Below are positions 43,001-56,400 of a stretch of DNA of 64,000 nt, one piece after another; the stretch's first letter is position 1, and the number at the start of each line of letters is the position of its first letter. The notes below the pieces were generated by a model. The model saw only the letters and a list, made by a program, of their open reading frames with translations. It was not told where the DNA came from and did not search any database. The stretch comes from Perkinsus chesapeaki ATCC PRA-425 (Eukaryota; Protista; Perkinsozoa): contig JAAPAO010000007.1 of NCBI GenBank assembly GCA_013115145.1, positions 102,479 through 166,478 of the forward strand, written 5' to 3'. The translations under genes were made by a program, and so were the position numbers.

Positions 43001-45795
43001 TATGGCGAGTTGCTGAGGTAGGCTGATGATCTATACCACGCTACCGCTACCTCTACCCTATAGAGACAAGTCTACAAGGGAATTCGATCCCAGCAAACCA
43101 ATTCTTCCCTATGGAGCAACCCGAGCCCCTTCGACTCAAAATTAATGCCTAAGCCCACTCCAAATTTTCCTATTTGGGGAACTGTATATCGGTCAATTCC
43201 AGCTATTACTTCTCCTAGCTTTCATATCTATGCTTTCGCTGTCCAGACTGGCCTTGCGTGCCTGACAATACTATCACCCCCTCCCTCCTCCTGCTGCCTC
43301 CAAAGCCTCACCTGATTCTGGGTGATCATGTCCAACACAGCTAAATCATCAGTGCCCAAATTCTTCATAGCTTCTTCATCTATAGGCTGCTTTGCTACGA
43401 ACATCTCCGAAAGTAGCGCCAGCTTCTCTACCACGGCTTCGAGGACCTAACATACTCATAGTGTCGAGGACCACATCTCATAGAATCCTATCAGACTCGT
43501 CAAAATATATACCCATAATTGGATATGGAAAACAACACGATCAGCATCCTCTTAAATTTCTTGAAAAATTTTCTGTCATGTTCGAAATTTTCGGAAAATT
43601 TCCTATAATATTCGGAATTGTCCGAAATTTTCTGTAATTTCCCCTAGCACCATGTCCGTCCCCTTTAATCCTGATCAAAGCTGCACATTGGACCAACTTC
43701 CCAAATTACCGATGCTTCACTCATAAACGCTCCGGTGTCATCTATATCCTCATCAGTGTAGTCATTAACTGGAGGAGAAGCTTTATCTTCTCCACGCTGA
43801 GACCAAAGATACGCGCTTCGCACTAGGAAGAATATTTTATACCTCCTCAACGGCGACTTTACTAATCTGGTTAACCGTTTTAAAGATATTTTTAGCCATG
43901 TCCCGCACTCTGCAGAATAGCCCCTCCAACGGGGACAGCACCTGCCATGAATTTTGTGGCGCTGCAAGAAATTCAATCAGACCGTACTATTTGAGACACA
44001 CTGTTACTAAGCAATGTGGCCGATAGGAGCATAACAATAATGACGGTAACCTGAAAAGCGAAAGGTCCCAGGTTCTATCCCTGGCTGCGGCATCTCCTAC
44101 AACCAACGCTATATTCATACTAGCTTCCGTTTTGCTGACCGAAGTGAAGTCGAACATAGCTTGGACCTTAGTGCTGCTGTAACCATAGCTGGTAACCCAA
44201 AGTTCATTCGATATCCTATTCGGGGGCTCGGCGAATGTCTCCCTGTACACAAGACCCTGTGGGTCCAGCTCTACTGTGAGAGCCACTGGGTTGTATTCCC
44301 GGAACTCATAGAAGTCCAGGAATTCAGTGATGCTTTGATTGAACGATCTGGAGAGATAGAATGTAGATTTGGAAGAAGTGGAGCTGTCTTACTCCCCACG
44401 AATGTAGCTGACACCGAATGTGCTGACGTGATTGGCAAACTGTTGCGTCCAGGCCTGCATGGAATGGTCCTCGTCGGGGTATCTGAGGTAGGGGATAGAA
44501 GGATGTATGTGGAAGGCATTCGGGAGAGAAATATAGCTGGAAACATGTTTAATACTGCGGCATAGAACATTCGTTCTTCCAGCGAGGAGATTTTCTAAAG
44601 GAAAGTTTGTCTTTGAAATCTCATAAAAAAGTTTCCTAAACCTTATAGGATGCCACGTCCTGACGAGTTAATCATCATCCAACATGCAAGAGCTTGACAG
44701 ATAGCTTACTTCATCATATCAAACAAAGGCAACACCATTACCAGCCCTATGGTCATCATAGATACCCTTGTCGATAATGCATTCATAAGCCTTGAGCCCA
44801 ACACCTGCCAACAATTATATGCACTGAGCAGCAGCTCCTCTTGCCTCCTCTTCATCTACCTTAGCTGTGCCAGCACTTTCGTCTTGAATGCTGGTAACTC
44901 CAGGAAGCCATTTCAATAGTCTCATGACACGAGTAATACGGCCAGCTCGAGCTCCTAGTTTGGTGGTACGGGCAGCACGGAGAAGGACGACATTCGACCC
45001 AACGCCAGAATTGACTGAAAAGGAATTGGCCGTTTGATGGTCACCACCCCATCCCTATTGGCAGGGTGCAAGGCAATTATAGACCGAATGGACAGAAGAA
45101 GAATTGGAGTTGTCAATTTTGTAATAATGATCAGTGTTGGAAATAATGGACCTTACATTTAAGACTGCTGTCGTTGTCACCGAGAGCCCAAGATATGTCC
45201 AGGAAAAGGGAGAATGCCCCGATGAAATCCATAATGAAGAAGAAGCCTCCAAAGTACCTAACAGACACTCTCATCTCCGGCTGACCTGTGCATTCTTACC
45301 GGCGGTTGCTCAACGTAAGGACAATCATTTCACCAACGAACAGTACGAATATGACAATCAATATGTGATCCAGAATCTCGTAGCTGTCCTCTATATCAAA
45401 TAGCGTCTGATAAAGGAGCTCATGCTTGGGGAAAGTAGTAGCGACGTACCCAACAGTCGGGAAGGAAGAGAGCGAGAAGCAATGCAACGTTCATAATGAA
45501 TTGGAAGGTGAAGGACCGGGATATCCTCAAAGCCATTCTTAATATAGCTGGTCTCCGCTTGAAGAACGGTATCCTACAGAAGCACTGTTGTAGGGGTGTA
45601 AGAGATTAAATCAATGCGCTACGTGGCAATGGATCGTCGGCGCTCTGGTGTAGGGCCTACGATCCGCACGGACTTTCTCTTGGCCACGCTCGTCATGGAT
45701 GAAGATTTCGCTATCCCGTTAACTGGTGCGACCTGATGAAGACATATTTGCGCTCCGTGTTACATCGGTGGGAAGGATTGTACCTTGGCACTCAT
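40010..45795 (-). CDS. Class I cyclic-nucleotide phosphodiesterase with N-terminal six-TM region including a voltage-sensor-like S1-S4; ends approximate
   Basis: PDE motifs NPYHNWYHAVDV, AAVVHDIGHPGVNN, YNDKSPLENMH, LHAADISNP, DEFFAQGD and SQIGFLEF. The upstream exons encode TM helices and the Arg-periodic segment LRAARTTKLGARAGRITRVMRLLK. Confidence 0.85.
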
Positions 45796-46041
45796 TCTTG
45801 ATGCTTCCGGGACTGGAATTATGTTCAGCAGATCGGTACAAAAATGACTGTCTCTGCCTCCACTTCAGATGATGCAGTTGTCGCAGATAAGAAGACTACG
45901 ACTGGAGCGAGTTGACAAAGGGTTGGCAACACACTCAAATGCGGGAAGCAACTAAAGTTGAATTCGTTATGGTATCATGCGCAGTTCCATGTAGAGTCAG
46001 TTTTTGCGCGAGAGAGAATTATTCCTTCAATTCCGAAATAA

Positions 46042-46113
46042 AGCCACCTGCCGGGATTGAACCGACGACCTTCTGCTTACGAAGCAGACGCTCTACCACT
46101 AAGCTAAGGTGGC
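46042..46113 (-). tRNA. trnT-CGT: tRNA-Thr(CGT)
   Basis: GCCACCT/AGGTGGC acceptor stem, TAGCTTAGTGGTAGAGC, anticodon arm TCTGC-TTCGTAA-GCAGA, GGTTCAATCCC; 72 nt. Confidence 0.96.
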
Positions 46114-46350
46114 TACCAATATGCAGCTAAAATTCCCAAGGCCCGTCGTTCTGTTGCAGGCAGGTGTGGTGAATAACTGTGAACCTAAGAAAAATTTGGT
46201 TTCTTGCTTGATTAGTGAAGGGTGTCCCACCCCGTCATCACATACTGGCAGGATCCATAAACCGGCTCTGAACGTTAATCGTCCGTCCGCTTGCAATGAC
46301 AACCTAAGTTTCCGGATTGTAGTGTTTGATTTAATCTCTCCTCATCTCCA

Positions 46351-49300
46351 ATGGACGGAGGAGGAGGATCTCAAGCAGCAGCCTCTAAGGCCCATCGAAA
46401 GCCTACCTCAGGTAGTATCCGGGAAACACGGCTCCGCGCCGTTGATGGTTACGGGAAGGAAGTTTTACCTAAGGAGTGTGGTGTCAGGTGGTAAGGCAAA
46501 GAAGAAGCGCGAGAAAGCTAACGTAGATCGACATAACCCAAAAGCCTTCACCTTCTCGGGCGGCATACACAGCGTTCAACGAAGAGTACAGAGAGGCCTT
46601 GATGTGAAGGCCAAAAGAGAAAAGATTGAAAAAATGGACAAACGCCCAGAAGGCGTTGAGGCTCCACCGTAGGGCTTTTTATGGCAGCATCATATTAAAC
46701 ACGCTGATTTTAGATATGTAGTGGTAGTGCAGGGGCCTCCAGGATGCGGTAAAACGACTTTAATAAGAAGTCTCGTCAAGCACTACACCAAGACAACGCT
46801 CGGTGCCACCATAGAGGGTAGTAGACCGTACTCGGTTCGGGAGGGACCAGCGTAATGATTGCAGGACCCATCACTGTGGTATCCGGCCGCAACCGTCGCT
46901 TAACCTTCATAGAGTGCCCGGCTAACGATATGCGAGCCATGATAGATCTGGCGAAGGTTGCTGACCTGGTAGGCTCCGCTGTCATACACAGGCCTTGAGC
47001 TGCTGCCTGAGTAGGTGCTCTTGATGGTGGATGCTGTCAGAGGATTTGAAATGGAAACGTTCGAGTTCATCAATATTATGCAGGTAATGCTTGTTGCCTT
47101 GTATTGCCTACTGTCCTCACCGGCTCACAGGTCCACGGTTTTCCCAGAGTTCTCGGCATCCTTACGCACTTGGATGGCTTCAAGGAGTCTAAAAGCAAGC
47201 CTTTCCATCAACGGGTAGCCTTGATAGGGGTATTGCAGGCATTCGCAAGATGAAGAAACGGTATAAAGCGAGGTTCTGGGCGGAGCTGTACGACGGGGCT
47301 AAAATGTTCTATCTAAGCGGTATCCAGTATAGTGGGACGCGCTACAACAAAACAGAGGTCACTAACTTGGCCAGGTAGGAATCTTTCCCTTCCACTGGCA
47401 TAGGAGGTTCGTCTAGGTTCATCGCCATCCAGAAATTTGCCCCTCTGTCCTGGCGGCAAGAGCACTCCTACATGGTGGCCCATCGGTGGGAGGACCGGAC
47501 CCTGGTCCCCAATAGTGATACAAGAACCCTTGCTCTATACGGCTACGTCTCGGGCTGTCGGTTACGTACCGAAGGCCAGGCTTTCCATATTGCGGGAGTT
47601 GGAGACTTCCCAGTGGCATCGGCAACGTCAGCTTTGGACCCTTGCCCACCTCCGACCAACCAGAACCCTAAGATGAAGGGATTGGCTTTGAGGACGTTAA
47701 GCGACAAGCAAAGGAATCTTTATGCACCTTATTGCGAGCATCAACATATTACGGTGGACTCCGAGGCTATGTATATTAATACTAGGGAGGCTGATGAGAG
47801 CTTTACTAGGAAAGAGGAAGAAGGTAGTAGGGAGGGAAGGTGTCTCATTACATTTATATATTATTGTTACGACGCTCCCTCATTACATTTATATATTATT
47901 GTTACGACGCTCCCTCATTACATTTATATATTATTGTTACGACGCTCCCTCAANNNNNNNNNNNNNNNNNNNNNNNNNNNNNNNNNNNNNNNNNNNNNNN
48001 NNNNNNNNNNNNNNNNNNNNNNNNNNNNNNNNNNNNNNNNNNNNNNNNNTCATTACATTTATATATTATTTTTATGCCTCCACTTCCACATTACATTTAT
48101 ATATTATTTTTATGCCTCCACTGCCTCATTACATTTATATACTATTTTTATGCCTCCACTTCCTCATTACTTTTATATTTTATTGTTACGACGCTCTCTC
48201 CAGGTACCGAGTCTACCGATGATGAAAGCCTCCCCGGAAGCGAGCCTTCGAGCGATGAGGAGGAGGATGATGAGATGGACCCCAGCGAGGCTGTTAAAAT
48301 GGTTCGAGAGCTCCAGGATGTCCACATTGACCTCAAAGATAGAGATGCACCTCTGCCACTATTAGCTGGTGGGGCCGAGGTACCACCGAGTAGGAGGCTT
48401 GCTGAGGCAGAGGAGGAAGAAGATGATGATGAAGGAGGGGAGCAGTGGAGCGATGAGGTAGTTGTGGGAAGGATGTGGCCGGGTTACATCGAGGTTCATA
48501 CCAACTTTTTCTCAAATCGTGGGTGTGTCAGGAAAAGGACGCTGATGACGATGAAGAGGATGATGATGAGTATGTGAATCCATTCCTGGAGGTGTCGGAT
48601 AAGCTAGATTCCGTAGCTAAAGGGTTCGAGGATGATGATGAGGATGAAGAAGAAGGCTCGACTGATGCTAGGACAGCTGCTCAGTGGGATGCTTTAGTGT
48701 ATGGTCAACATATAGACACTAATAGGGAGAATAAGGTAGTAGTAGGGGGGTGCGTGGAGAAGCGGAATGAGGGCTGGCGAGGTATCTCCTCTGTTTATAG
48801 GAAGTTGCAAGGATATTTGAGACTCCTCCCTCAATGCGAATCAACGTGGGATTCCCCCTGGGGCTGGGTGGCCTTGAGTCCAAGGTTCGTTTTGCTCTTT
48901 ACCCTAATCTTAGCACTTCTGCTGCTTGTAGACCTTATATAGGCACAGCTTCTCGGTGCTCGCGAGGATGTAGAGATATAAAAGGTCCGTGTGGACCAGC
49001 GGGCTTAATATTGACATGCTACAAGACGGGAGATGATTTGTGTCAGAAAGCGAAGGCTCCTGAGGTGGGCAGCGGTAAGGTGCAGCTATTTGAGGACGAT
49101 GAGGATGAGGAGGAGGACGATGGGGAGGTTGATGACGGTATCGACACATCCAAGCCTAGGATGCTGCCCTTTGGTGCCACAACCGAGGAGGAGGGGGAGG
49201 GGTTGGAGTCGGAGGTATACATCAGGCAGCTAAGATGCAGAAGGTTCTTTGTGGCTAAGAACATCACCAAGGAACTGGAGGGGGAGGTTAAGGTACGGTG

Positions 49301-52300
49301 CAGTGGTGGAAGGTGGTCGTGAGTAATGGTGGTAGGGTGGCTCTACCAGTGCTGAGGGAGGTATGGATCTGGATGCTGAGCGTGCGGCCAATGCAGAGGC
49401 AAAGGAGAAGGCGGCAATGGAGGGGCCTCAACAGGAGGACGAGGATGATGAGGTAGGGGAACTGGGTATCATCTATCACTCGTGTTGGGGCAATATGGAT
49501 GTGATCGCCGACATATGTTGGTGAGCTTATGCGACGTGGAAGTCCCCCGTGGAGTTGAGGAGTTTATATTTCATGGCGAGTAGCCGGCGAGGAAGTTAGG
49601 AAGGTTCAGCGACGACTTCCTGTCGGTCGTCGGCCTCAGCTGGGTTTCGAAAGCTGGACATAGTAAAGAGGTTTTCGGTCGCGTGGAACTGGGGGGGATC
49701 TCGTCAGGTTTCTTTATCGCTTGTATATGAACAGATGGTGGAGTGCTTCAGGACGCTGCTCGACTGAAGGGAGTGGTAGCTAGTAAATCCGAGCTGGATG
49801 AGGTTAGGGACTTCAGTGCTGATGATGGGACATTGACCATTGGGACATACGCCAAGGTGATGATTTGGAGGAAATATGGTATGATTTCCACCGGCTGTGT
49901 TCAGCTCGTCTTTGAGAACGTACCAGCAGAGTCGGTTGATGCCCTTAAGGACAGGAAGTGGCCCTTGATTCTTGGATCGCTGCTGCCTAGCGAGATGAAG
50001 ATGGGTTTTATACAGATGAGGGTAGGTGGGTTGGTGGGAATGGCGGATGTGGGTATGGCTAAGTCGTTGTTAAGGTGAAGCGGCATCGTTGGCATCCTAA
50101 GATCTTAAAGACAAGAGACGTGCTTCTGTTCTCGGTGGGCTGGAGGAGGTTCCAAGGCCTGCCGGTGTATGCATTGGAGGACAGGAATCATAGTCGTATT
50201 AGGATGCTGAAGTAAGGCAATCCTGGGAGGGGAGGGTAATAGCTTGTCGAAAATGGCGGTGGTAATTCCGAGTAGCTGAGCGAAGAGGTATCGGGGTGAT
50301 TCTCAGAGACTTCCCTAAAACATGGTTAAGACCTTTCCATCATTTCAGTGATATGTACTGCTGCAGCACTTAGGGATCCAAGGGGGTAGGAGATAGGTCC
50401 CTATAGACCTAAGTGTTGTGCTGCTGTAGCAGTAGCAGTAGCAGCAGTACATATAGCTGTTGTAAACTCGCCATCCGTGGCAGGTGGGGCATAGGGAATA
50501 AGCCGAAGTGCTATATATAGTAACGTATTCCCCAGTGTTGAGACTTAGCGACTAGGGAGTCACTGAGACATGCTATATTGTATTATATATCGATCAACCG
50601 TTTCATATATAGCTGTCATAATGACATAGTGGTGCTGCACATGTGTGCACATGAAACGGTTAATCGATTTATACAATACGATTCCATATAATTACGTTAA
50701 GCATAACACGATACTGATGTAGACCTAAAAATATACATGTTTGCAAGACTGCTGTATGGTATTTCATCGGGGGTCGATTCTTGAGCTCCATTCTCATCAG
50801 GTACACTCCTGAGCACATGCACTGTCTGGCTACGGTATATGGTCCTAGTATAGCCCCTAATACTGGTGTATTGGCCATACGCAACTGGAAGGCCGTACCA
50901 AGCTATAGGGTGGCTTTAACGGGACAGGTAGGGGATGTGGGAAGGGTGATAATGGGGAGCTTGCGGTGTGCAGGTTATGGAATCAGCAGAGAAGTTTGAC
51001 ATAGTGAAGAAGTTGAAGTTGGTTGGCGAGCCTACGAAGGTCTTTAAGAACACTGCCTTTATTAAGGGTAAGGCACTTGAGTAGGGGGATGTATTAAGGG
51101 GTAGTCTGTACTGGTAAAATGGCTTTGATTGCGATAGCATTGGAAGGATCATCCTTGGTGAACTATGAATGGTGTGTGTTTCATGGGGGGATAATGTAGG
51201 GTAATCAACCTAAGATATCTGAACGATATTGTATGTATAAATAATGCTTTCGTGGAGCTATGGTAACTTCCAATGGATAATGCATTATGTCTCCATATAT
51301 TCGTATGGTCGCCGCTGCTGCGGCATGTAGATGGTTTGTTAGGTATGTTCAACTCTGACCTGGAAGTGTCAAAGTGCGTGGGGGCTAAGATACAGACAGT
51401 CTCTGGTATACGAGGTGAAATCAAGAAGGCTCATAAAACTAACGGTGACTTCCGTGCCGGGTTCGAAGATAAGATTAAGATGTCGGACTTGGTGACATTG
51501 AAAGCGTGGGTTAACGTGCCCCTGCCGAAGTTCTATAATCCCATGCTTGATGTGCCTGAATGGAGGAGGATGAGAACTATAGCGGAGCTGAGAAGGGCTA
51601 CAAATACGCCTATACCTAATAAGCTGGACTCTAGTTATGGTCAAGGAAAGCAAGAGAGAATTGATAGGAAGTAGGTCGCGGGTTCGAACCCCGGTGGAGG
51701 CATTTTTATTGTCAGGTCTACTCCTCTGAATATACCTGACTCTCTGAAGAAGCAGTTGCCATTCAAGAGCAAGGCAAAGGTAACGATACGGGTTGTTATC
51801 ACTGCTTAATTTACTATATTACTGTATTAGGTCCAAGAGGCCAAGCAGAAGACTAAGCTTGATAAGAAGGCAGCTGTGGTTCGGAGCAAGGAAGATAAAG
51901 AGGTGGGGACGATAATAACATTTGGAAGAGAATACTATATTATATATAATAGTGCCCTTTGTATTATCAACTTTTATATCTTACAATTCAATCTATATCA
52001 ATTTATTACTTATATTATCACACTGCAACAAATATATAAAGGAATCTACGTACAGCCTATTAAGGGATTCATCTAGCCTTATGAAAACATATACCCGAAG
52101 TTAGTTGAAGTTTGTTCCTGATGCGGAGGTATATCATAAGTGCGGATATAAAAGACGTTACTAGGGCAAAACGAAAGATCGGATGTATTAGTTATAGGAG
52201 CATTTGACATTTTTGTACCTTCTCCTCCTACTTTTGATTACCGTACAGTGTGAGCTGTTGTATGGTCTGATATTATTTAATTGTTTAAGACTACTGTCCA

Positions 52301-52729
52301 CATCGTCATAGTGGAGCGATTATCCAAGATAATGCACTGAAATGTCTCATCATTTGGACTGGACCTGTTCAGAGCATCGGAAATTCCTACTCAGTTATTT
52401 ATCATACTGTTCGAAATTGTCCAGTTTTATTACAGGTGGCCTCGTTACTCCAAAGACTGTATACTATAAGGCAGCAAAGAACAAAGCAGAGGAGACAGGT
52501 AAGGAATAGGGGGTTGGTGTTGAAGGTATTGTTGAATCAGGCTAATGAAAGACGGTTGGCTAAGAAGAAGGCAGCCCAGCACGAGGTTGATGTTATTAGG
52601 GAGGAGAACTCTAAAGAGAACCGGAAGAAGAGGTTAGTTGCTGACGAAGCTCATCCGGTCTGCGGGAAATATGCCCCTCAAGGACATCAAGCGTTCCTAG
52701 CTCGGAGATCAAATGGAATGTGCTCCTAG
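46351..52729 (+). CDS. BMS1: Ribosome biogenesis GTPase BMS1 (multi-exon; 3' end approximate)
   Basis: HNPKAFTF, VVVQGPPGCGKTTLIRSLVKHYT, GPITVVSG..RRLTFIECPAND..IDLAKVADLVLLMVD, WRQEHSYMV.HRWED, acidic central spacer, KRHRWHPKILKTRD..SVGWRRFQ, GIRGEIKKA..FRAGFEDKIKMSDLVTLKAWV. Confidence 0.95.
47846..48199. repeat. AT-rich intronic minisatellite (35- and 38-bp unit variants) spanning an assembly gap
   Basis: cattacatttatatattattgttacgacgctccct at 47846, 47881 and 47916; 38-bp variant at 48051, 48089 and 48127; chimeric last unit at 48165; N-run 47954-48049. Confidence 0.95.
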
Positions 52730-53296
52730 TGAGGGCTGCATATCAAACTTGATAAGCCGGCCATCATTCAGATAACGAAATTGAAAGTCGGCCATAGTCA
52801 CCGTGGGAAAAATCGATCAGGCTTTTCCGATGTCTTTACAGCGTTCTATCCCACATTTCGACTCTGCAACGCCGATTGGGTGATAGAGAAGAATCTTGAG
52901 GTTGAAGGGTGCGTGAATTAGAACCACAAGATGCGTTGGGGTGTTATACTCGGGAACTATGAATGTTCGTTACACAGTGGGCGCCCAGAGTAACTACCTT
53001 GATATGTTCAACATAGAATTATGCTTTACTTCTTGGGAAACTGGTTATAATAATATATATAGACCCGCTGGTATAAAAGGATAGTGCAGGCTTATGTGAT
53101 CTGATATAAATTATAACGTTTAAGATTAGAGGACATAATTAATATAACTTACAGTATATCCATTAAGTGTAATTAGTTGCGGGTTTTGCTCGTCTTAAAT
53201 TGATTGATAAGAATCTCTATTTGGTCGAAGAGGGAGGTTAATTATAATTAGGTATGTTAAAGAAGGAATGCGACAAGAGCAGCAAAAGAAGCGTAT

Positions 53297-53370
53297 GCGC
53301 CTTGATCGCGCTGATTAGCCCTAGACTGGCGGGCGCCTTGATCGCGCTGATTAGCCCTAGACTGGCGGGC
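53297..53370. repeat. Exact 36-bp tandem duplication (intergenic)
   Basis: gcgccttgatcgcgctgattagccctagactggcgg at 53297 and 53333. Confidence 0.95.
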
Positions 53371-53476
53371 ACGGCTAATAACGTATTTACTACTACTACC
53401 AGCTGCTTCACCTACGTTCCTACCCCTCGTTGGTTGTTGTGTTAGAGTATGGTTTAAATGGGGTTAGTTTATTAAT

Positions 53477-56400
53477 ATGATGGATGAAATAGATACCATA
53501 GAGGATACCGTGGTGCCACCTCTGCCATCTAAGCCACCACGAAATGATCACATACCACCGGGGTCCGACGATGCAGCTAAAGGGAAGAAGAAATCGAGCA
53601 ACGGGGAGAGTGGTATGATGGATCGGAAGTTCCCTTCATGATTCCGTTGACCGTTTGACCGTTCATTCGGATAGTACCATGGATTGGATTCGTTATTCGC
53701 TTTTAAGTGGTAGTAAATGACAATGCGTATATGTTAATAGGAAAATACCATTATATCTGCCAAATGGACACCCGGCTCGACCAGGGGCTGTCTAGCTTCA
53801 CATCAATGTGTTTGTAGGAGGTCCAAGAGTGTTGCCATCAATGGTGAAATATGTCTGTGATTGTCTACAAGTTGGGACGAGAAATAAAAAAATTCAGGAG
53901 TTCAAAAAATCCAAAATTCCGATCGATTGCTGCATCTCGTGGCATGGAAAAGTATATTTCCTATGGTGATTTTACGAGGTTAATTCGCAAGTTCAACCAG
54001 GGGGGGGGAGAGAACAACAAATCGATACTCTATCGCTTCTTAATGGCATTTCGCTGCGAAGGGATATTCCTAGACCAAGAAGAAAGGTGAAATTGATTCC
54101 GGCAACGTAGACTCACCTTCCCCCTCCTATAGGACTCCCTGTACCGATAAGCTATAGAGGCTCGTTGGGCCATGTCTTAGCTAGGACGATGGCGTATCGT
54201 GTGGTTCCGTAGGTGATAAGGCTGCTGCTCCTGCCGATGGTGGTGAGGATAAGATAATATTTGTACCATCTAAAAGTGTACAGCTGGTTGACTCGGATCA
54301 TGCAGACCCCGAGCTTAAGACTGGTAGGCATGCACTATCACTGTTATATGCTACTATCTTCATCATAAATTGGAGGGCACGGTATGGGATGTTTTCACCC
54401 ATCATCAATTCCCTTTTTCTTCGTATCCACTTCATGTGACGATTCTCAAAGTACCCGCACTGGAGCCCCTTGCCTCTATTGCTTCGCCTGGCTAACCCTT
54501 CCACGCCATCTCCGATGGATTTCTCCAACAAGTGTGTTTGATTCAGCCATCGCCACCGCAGTTCCGGTCCAAGAGATATCTGAACACGATCGGCTTTTCT
54601 ACCTCGCACGAACGTCATGTTTTAAGGAGATAACGGATATGCCAGTTTGGACGGAGAACCCAACCATGTGCGCGTTCCGCAGTGCACGAGGCCTCGCAGC
54701 AGATCTTTATTCAGGATTCTTACCGCTAAAGATGACGAGGGTCACACACTGCTGCATTGGGCCGCGCTCGTAGATGACTTCAACTTCATCGAGTGAGCTA
54801 AGATGCGGGCAGTTGATGACTAGTTTTCCATTTAGGGCATTTTGTAACCTTCCAGGCTTCGACACGGTTGTCGGTCCCGACCCGAAGGCTAGTAATCTTC
54901 AAACGCCCCTTATGTGGGCAATTATAAAGGGCAACCTGAGGAGCATGGCTTGCTTGTATGCAAGAGGGGCCAGTCTGGCAGCAGCCGACTCACTTAAGGT
55001 AGGCAACTACTTGGAGCCATCTTTATAGGGCTTCACTGTCCAATACCGAAGCGAAGTATTTGCTGTAGAAACTCGGAAGCTTATAGCTATACAACCCTGC
55101 TGTGGATTACGGTGCTTCTATTTCGTAGCGTGGTACCTGGTAACGGTTCACTTGTATACTCAGTGACTTAGGCATTCAACTCGAAGCTTCCAGACATAAC
55201 TTGGTCAGTAATCTCATATCTTTAATCCCGCTGAATCTAGTAACGTTCCAGCGCCAACGTTTGGCTACCATCAGTGTATTCATACTCTATTTTACCCACG
55301 TGCAGTCCTGCCTTGAGGCCGGAGTCCGGGCTGATGTACGATCACATCTATCCATATTACTACGTATTTTGATACAGCATATACTCCTACTCGTAGCTCC
55401 CCCATAGGTTAGGAGTCCCCCCTCTCCGCTGTATGGTACTAGCTTATCTATCGCCAGCGTGTTGGCTGTGTTATGATTACTGTCTTTCAGGCTGATAGTG
55501 TTATACTTGCCTCCCAGCACAATCAGCTATTGGCCCTCTTGCTGCTGCATTATTGGTGTCAACAACAGGGAGATGTTAGCCCATTCCTCAACCACCACGA
55601 TCAAGTGGGCTGCTCACCCGTGCACTGGGCAGCGTACAAGGTAAACCAGTCCTGTCAGAACCTGTCCAAAGTTGGCCACTCTTTCAGGGCTATGTTAGCA
55701 TTCTGCGGTACCTTGATTACTTCGGCCTGCCGCTAGATGAACAGGACAACCAGGGGATGACACCATTGCACCGTGCAGCCCTCCAACAGTGGCCCGAGGT
55801 AAGCTCGCCGTAACCCCTTCATCGCATTCTAATAGAATGATTCTACCGTACGCTTTGTGTTGCATTATCTACTTTTATTGTTGGTGGTTTGTTCTTCATA
55901 AAGCCTTAAGGAGGCAGTATAATTGTTCTTGTTGGCAACCAAACGGAGCTGGTAGTCCTGCTGCCGTTTCCGGCCTTTCACTTCGCTCTGTACACACCTG
56001 TGACGCTTCCACTGTATGGAGATGTATTAATAAACGTCTCATTACACCAGCCCACCACTGTGGATGATATTACTCTGTCTTTTTTTCAGGCATGTGACTT
56101 CCTTATTGGTAAAGGGTGTAATCCTTTAGCTAAAAACAATAATGATGAGACACCACTGGATATCGCCAGGAAGCAGGTAAGTCCGGAGGAGGCAGGGGAA
56201 TGGTGAGTCGTAGATGCAAACAGATGGTATCTGTGTTCAGAAAAACAACTTCCTTGCTAATTCGATTTTAAAGTCAATCGTGAAGCACAAGAGCAAGCAA
56301 AAGCATGGATACAGACGCCTGGAAGAAGCCAATGAGCTCACCGTTAGAGGCGATAATTCTAATAATACCAGCCCGGTGAGAACACTTAAACACGTCTTTT

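Noticed and set aside
44161-44565. 134-aa plus-strand ORF
   Set aside because: Antisense to PDE extracellular-loop exons; no independent evidence.
47472-48577. Three long ORFs containing X residues and HYIYILL repeats
   Set aside because: Artefacts of reading through the intronic minisatellite and the N gap.
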